In this document: in pieces, positions 61,585 to 64,000 of the stretch
Numbering within the stretch: the first letter of the stretch is position 1
How the letters are laid out: the number at the start of each line of letters is the position of its first letter
Assembly (NCBI RefSeq): GCF_035084215.1
Contig: NC_090342.1
Span: 20,956,001-21,020,000 of the forward strand
DNA from: Heptranchias perlo
Taxonomy: Eukaryota
Direction of reading: 5' to 3'
Length of the DNA stretch: 64,000 nucleotides
Translations under genes and position numbers: made by a program
The notes under the pieces: model-generated
The model's input: the letters and a program-made list of their open reading frames with translations, nothing else
Database searches by the model: none
What the model was told of the DNA's origin: nothing

Positions 61585-62040
61585 CTTTATCCTGCACCAA
61601 ATCCCACTCCCTCCATTCTTTGCTGACCTTGATTGGCTTCCAGTCCCACATTGCCTCAAATTAAAATTCTTGTCATTGTGTTTAAATTCCTCCACTCGCC
61701 TCACTCCATCTCTAACCATCTCTAGCATTGTAACTCCTACTCCCGAACTCTCCATTCCTCTGACTCTGGCCTCTTGTGTATCCCCCCACTCCCCACCACC
61801 TTGTGTTCTATCATTGGCAATCGTGCCTTCAGCTGCTTAGGCCCCACACTCTGGAATTTTATTCCTGAACCTGTCCACCTTCCTCTTCTTCAAGATCCTT
61901 CTTAAGACCCATCTCTTTGGCCAAGTTTTTGCTCACTATTCCTAATATCTCCTTTGGTTCAGCATCTATTTTTTCCTTATGCCTGTGTGACGCACTTTCA
62001 TATATTTTTCTGCATTAAAAGGTGACAGAAATGTTGTAGT
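61585..62040 (+). mobile_element. Old L2-type 3' end
   Basis: ttgctgacctt.attggctt...gccttcagctg...ctctggaatt matches other L2 copies. Confidence 0.7.
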
Positions 62041-62111
62041 TATGTGGCTTTCAACTGCCATAGACCGACTGGCTGCAGCTCTGCATGCCACAGTGTCCCT
62101 TTTATTGAATT

Positions 62112-63110
62112 ACAGAACTTACAACATGGAAACAGGCTATTTCGCCCAACTACTTAGTGTTGGTGTATATCCTCCACAGCAGTAGACCTAATCCAATGTG
62201 CCACTCTTTTTCCATATCCCTTTATTCCCCTTTCCTTCAACCATCTATCAAACCTGTTCTTAAATGTTGGCGTCGCCTCTGCATCAATCATTAACTCTGG
62301 TAGTACATCCCACGGCCTCACAAACCTGTGTAAAAAGGTTTCTCCTGCTCTCTGACCTAAATCTCTTACATTTAATCTTATATTTTTGTCCTCTTGTTTT
62401 AGACCCCTCAACCATTTGAAACAGTCTGTTCTTATCCACTCTGTCCCATTCCTTCATAACACCTCTATGAAATCATCCCATAATCTCCTCTGTTATAATG
62501 AAAACAGCCCGAATTTTTAAGTCTTTCTTTGTATATGTATTTTCTCATACTAACATCCTAGTGAATTTTGCTGTACCTTCCTTTGTTGCCTCAACATCCT
62601 TCCTGGAGTTCAGAGCCCAAAACTGCATACAATACACCAACTGTAGTCTTACTATATAGGTTCACTTTTACATCACAAATTTTATATTCCATACCTATTG
62701 CTATAAAACCCAATATTCCATTAGTTTTCTTTATGTCCTTAACCACTTTATTGTTTTGTCAACCTGAACCTCCAAATCCCTCAGTTTTCCCCCAAAGTAT
62801 TGCTTTTTTTAAAAAATGTACCGCATCACATTTATTGACATTGAATTCCATCATTCACTTTTTTGCCTATTCCACCATCTCATCAATATCCCCTTGCAGG
62901 TTCCTTTGGTGCTCTAAATTATTTACTATGACCACCATTTTTGTAAAGTCTGCAAATATGGACACTACTTCGTCTAGTCTTATATCCAAATCATTGATGT
63001 AAACAGTGAACAGAAGCTGTCCTAGAATAGAACCCTATTCAACACTGTTACCCACTTCCAACCCTCTGAGAAAATGTCCTCCCTTCTAATCAGTTTATAA
63101 TCCAATCTGC
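62112..63110 (-). mobile_element. Old CR1-type fragment
   Basis: Reverse strand DLDIRLDEVVSIFADFTK remnant; CR1-like 3' tail. Confidence 0.7.
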
Positions 63111-63374
63111 TACTTCATTTAGTTAAAATACTGGATAGCTTAAATTCCAACTTAGTATAGCAAGTTTTAATTTGTGATTTTGTACACAGAGGATTCCTTA
63201 ATCTCAGCAATGCTGGCAGGGAGCTCAGGCACCTTCCTAGAATTGGTACAGAGCAACATTGGCAGAGGCCCAGAAGCAGTGCACAGATCTCAGCTCAGCT
63301 GGGAACAGTTTGTCAGCAAAGAGCCTTTGAAAGTGGAAGGAGGGACAAAAAGAAACAACCTAATTTTGAGATAA

Positions 63375-63610
63375 AACTCTTTATGCAATATGTTGTTGGA
63401 GCATGGTATGAAGCAGGGAGTGGTTGAAGCAGAGACCATTACATCTTACAAGGGAAAATTGGACAATTATCTGAAGCAGTGGAAGGCACAGGGCTTTGGG
63501 AAGAGCACAGGGTGCTGTGATTAGTTTTAGGCTGCTCTACCAAAGAGCTGGCACAAACATGATGGGCTGAATGATTTCTTTCTGTGCTGTAAATTTCTAT
63601 GGTTCTATGA
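63375..63610 (+). mobile_element. CR1 3' end
   Basis: gatgggctgaatg...tctgtgctgtaaatttctatggttctatg. Confidence 0.7.
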
Positions 63611-63619
63611 ATTCAAAAA

Positions 63620-63800
63620 GTCTTGTGCTTGAACACATAATCTAGACTGACATGCCAGTGAGGTGCTGAGAAGTGATGCATTGTTGGATTTGCGGTCCTT
63701 TGGATGAGATGTTAAAACAAGGCCTGATGTACCTATTCCAATGGTTCAAGTGGGTGTTAAATAGTCCGTAACATTATGGGTATAGGAGCAGAGCGTTCCA
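63620..63800 (+). mobile_element. DeuSINE fragment
   Basis: tttggatgagatgttaaaacaaggcc Deu-like core. Confidence 0.55.
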
Positions 63801-64000
63801 GGTACTATATGTCATAGGGTTTTCCACAGTTCACTTGGGTTGTCATTTCTCAAAGCTATTAGGAAATTGATCAGGCTGGATCCTCCCCTTCCAAATCTAT
63901 GCTCACTGTTATTTACTAGGTTATTGGTCAGCAGACAGTCTTCAAGTTTACCTTCAATACCACTATTCTACATGGGATTGAAGAAAAAATAATCAATCAG

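Overview
Eukaryotic (vertebrate) genomic DNA. The repeat complement (HER1/CR1-type and L2-type LINEs, a Deu-domain SINE, Penelope-like elements) points to a cartilaginous fish (inference). Four spliced genes were reconstructed by hand with GT-AG boundaries and consistent phases: LLPH (-, 2 coding exons, 121 aa), TMBIM4/GAAP (-, 7 exons, 234 aa), HELB/DNA helicase B (+, 13 exons, 1103 aa) and the 3' end of GRIP1 (-, 5 exons plus a candidate cassette exon). This is the human LLPH-TMBIM4-IRAK3-HELB-GRIP1 block, but no IRAK3 is visible: TMBIM4 and HELB are head-to-head, 3.9 kb apart. Most ORF-track entries are spurious or LINE fragments. The strongest unexplained signals are: (1) minimal hammerhead-ribozyme motifs, including one in a 108-bp insert with a perfect 13-bp target-site duplication in HELB intron 4; (2) a duplicated TMBIM4 exon-2 splice acceptor that would add 13 hydrophobic residues in frame; (3) the missing IRAK3; (4) inverted LINE pairs in HELB introns. 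I cannot claim a wholly new biological system from sequence alone. Homology statements rest on my recollection of the human proteins, not on a database search. Repeat boundaries are approximate.
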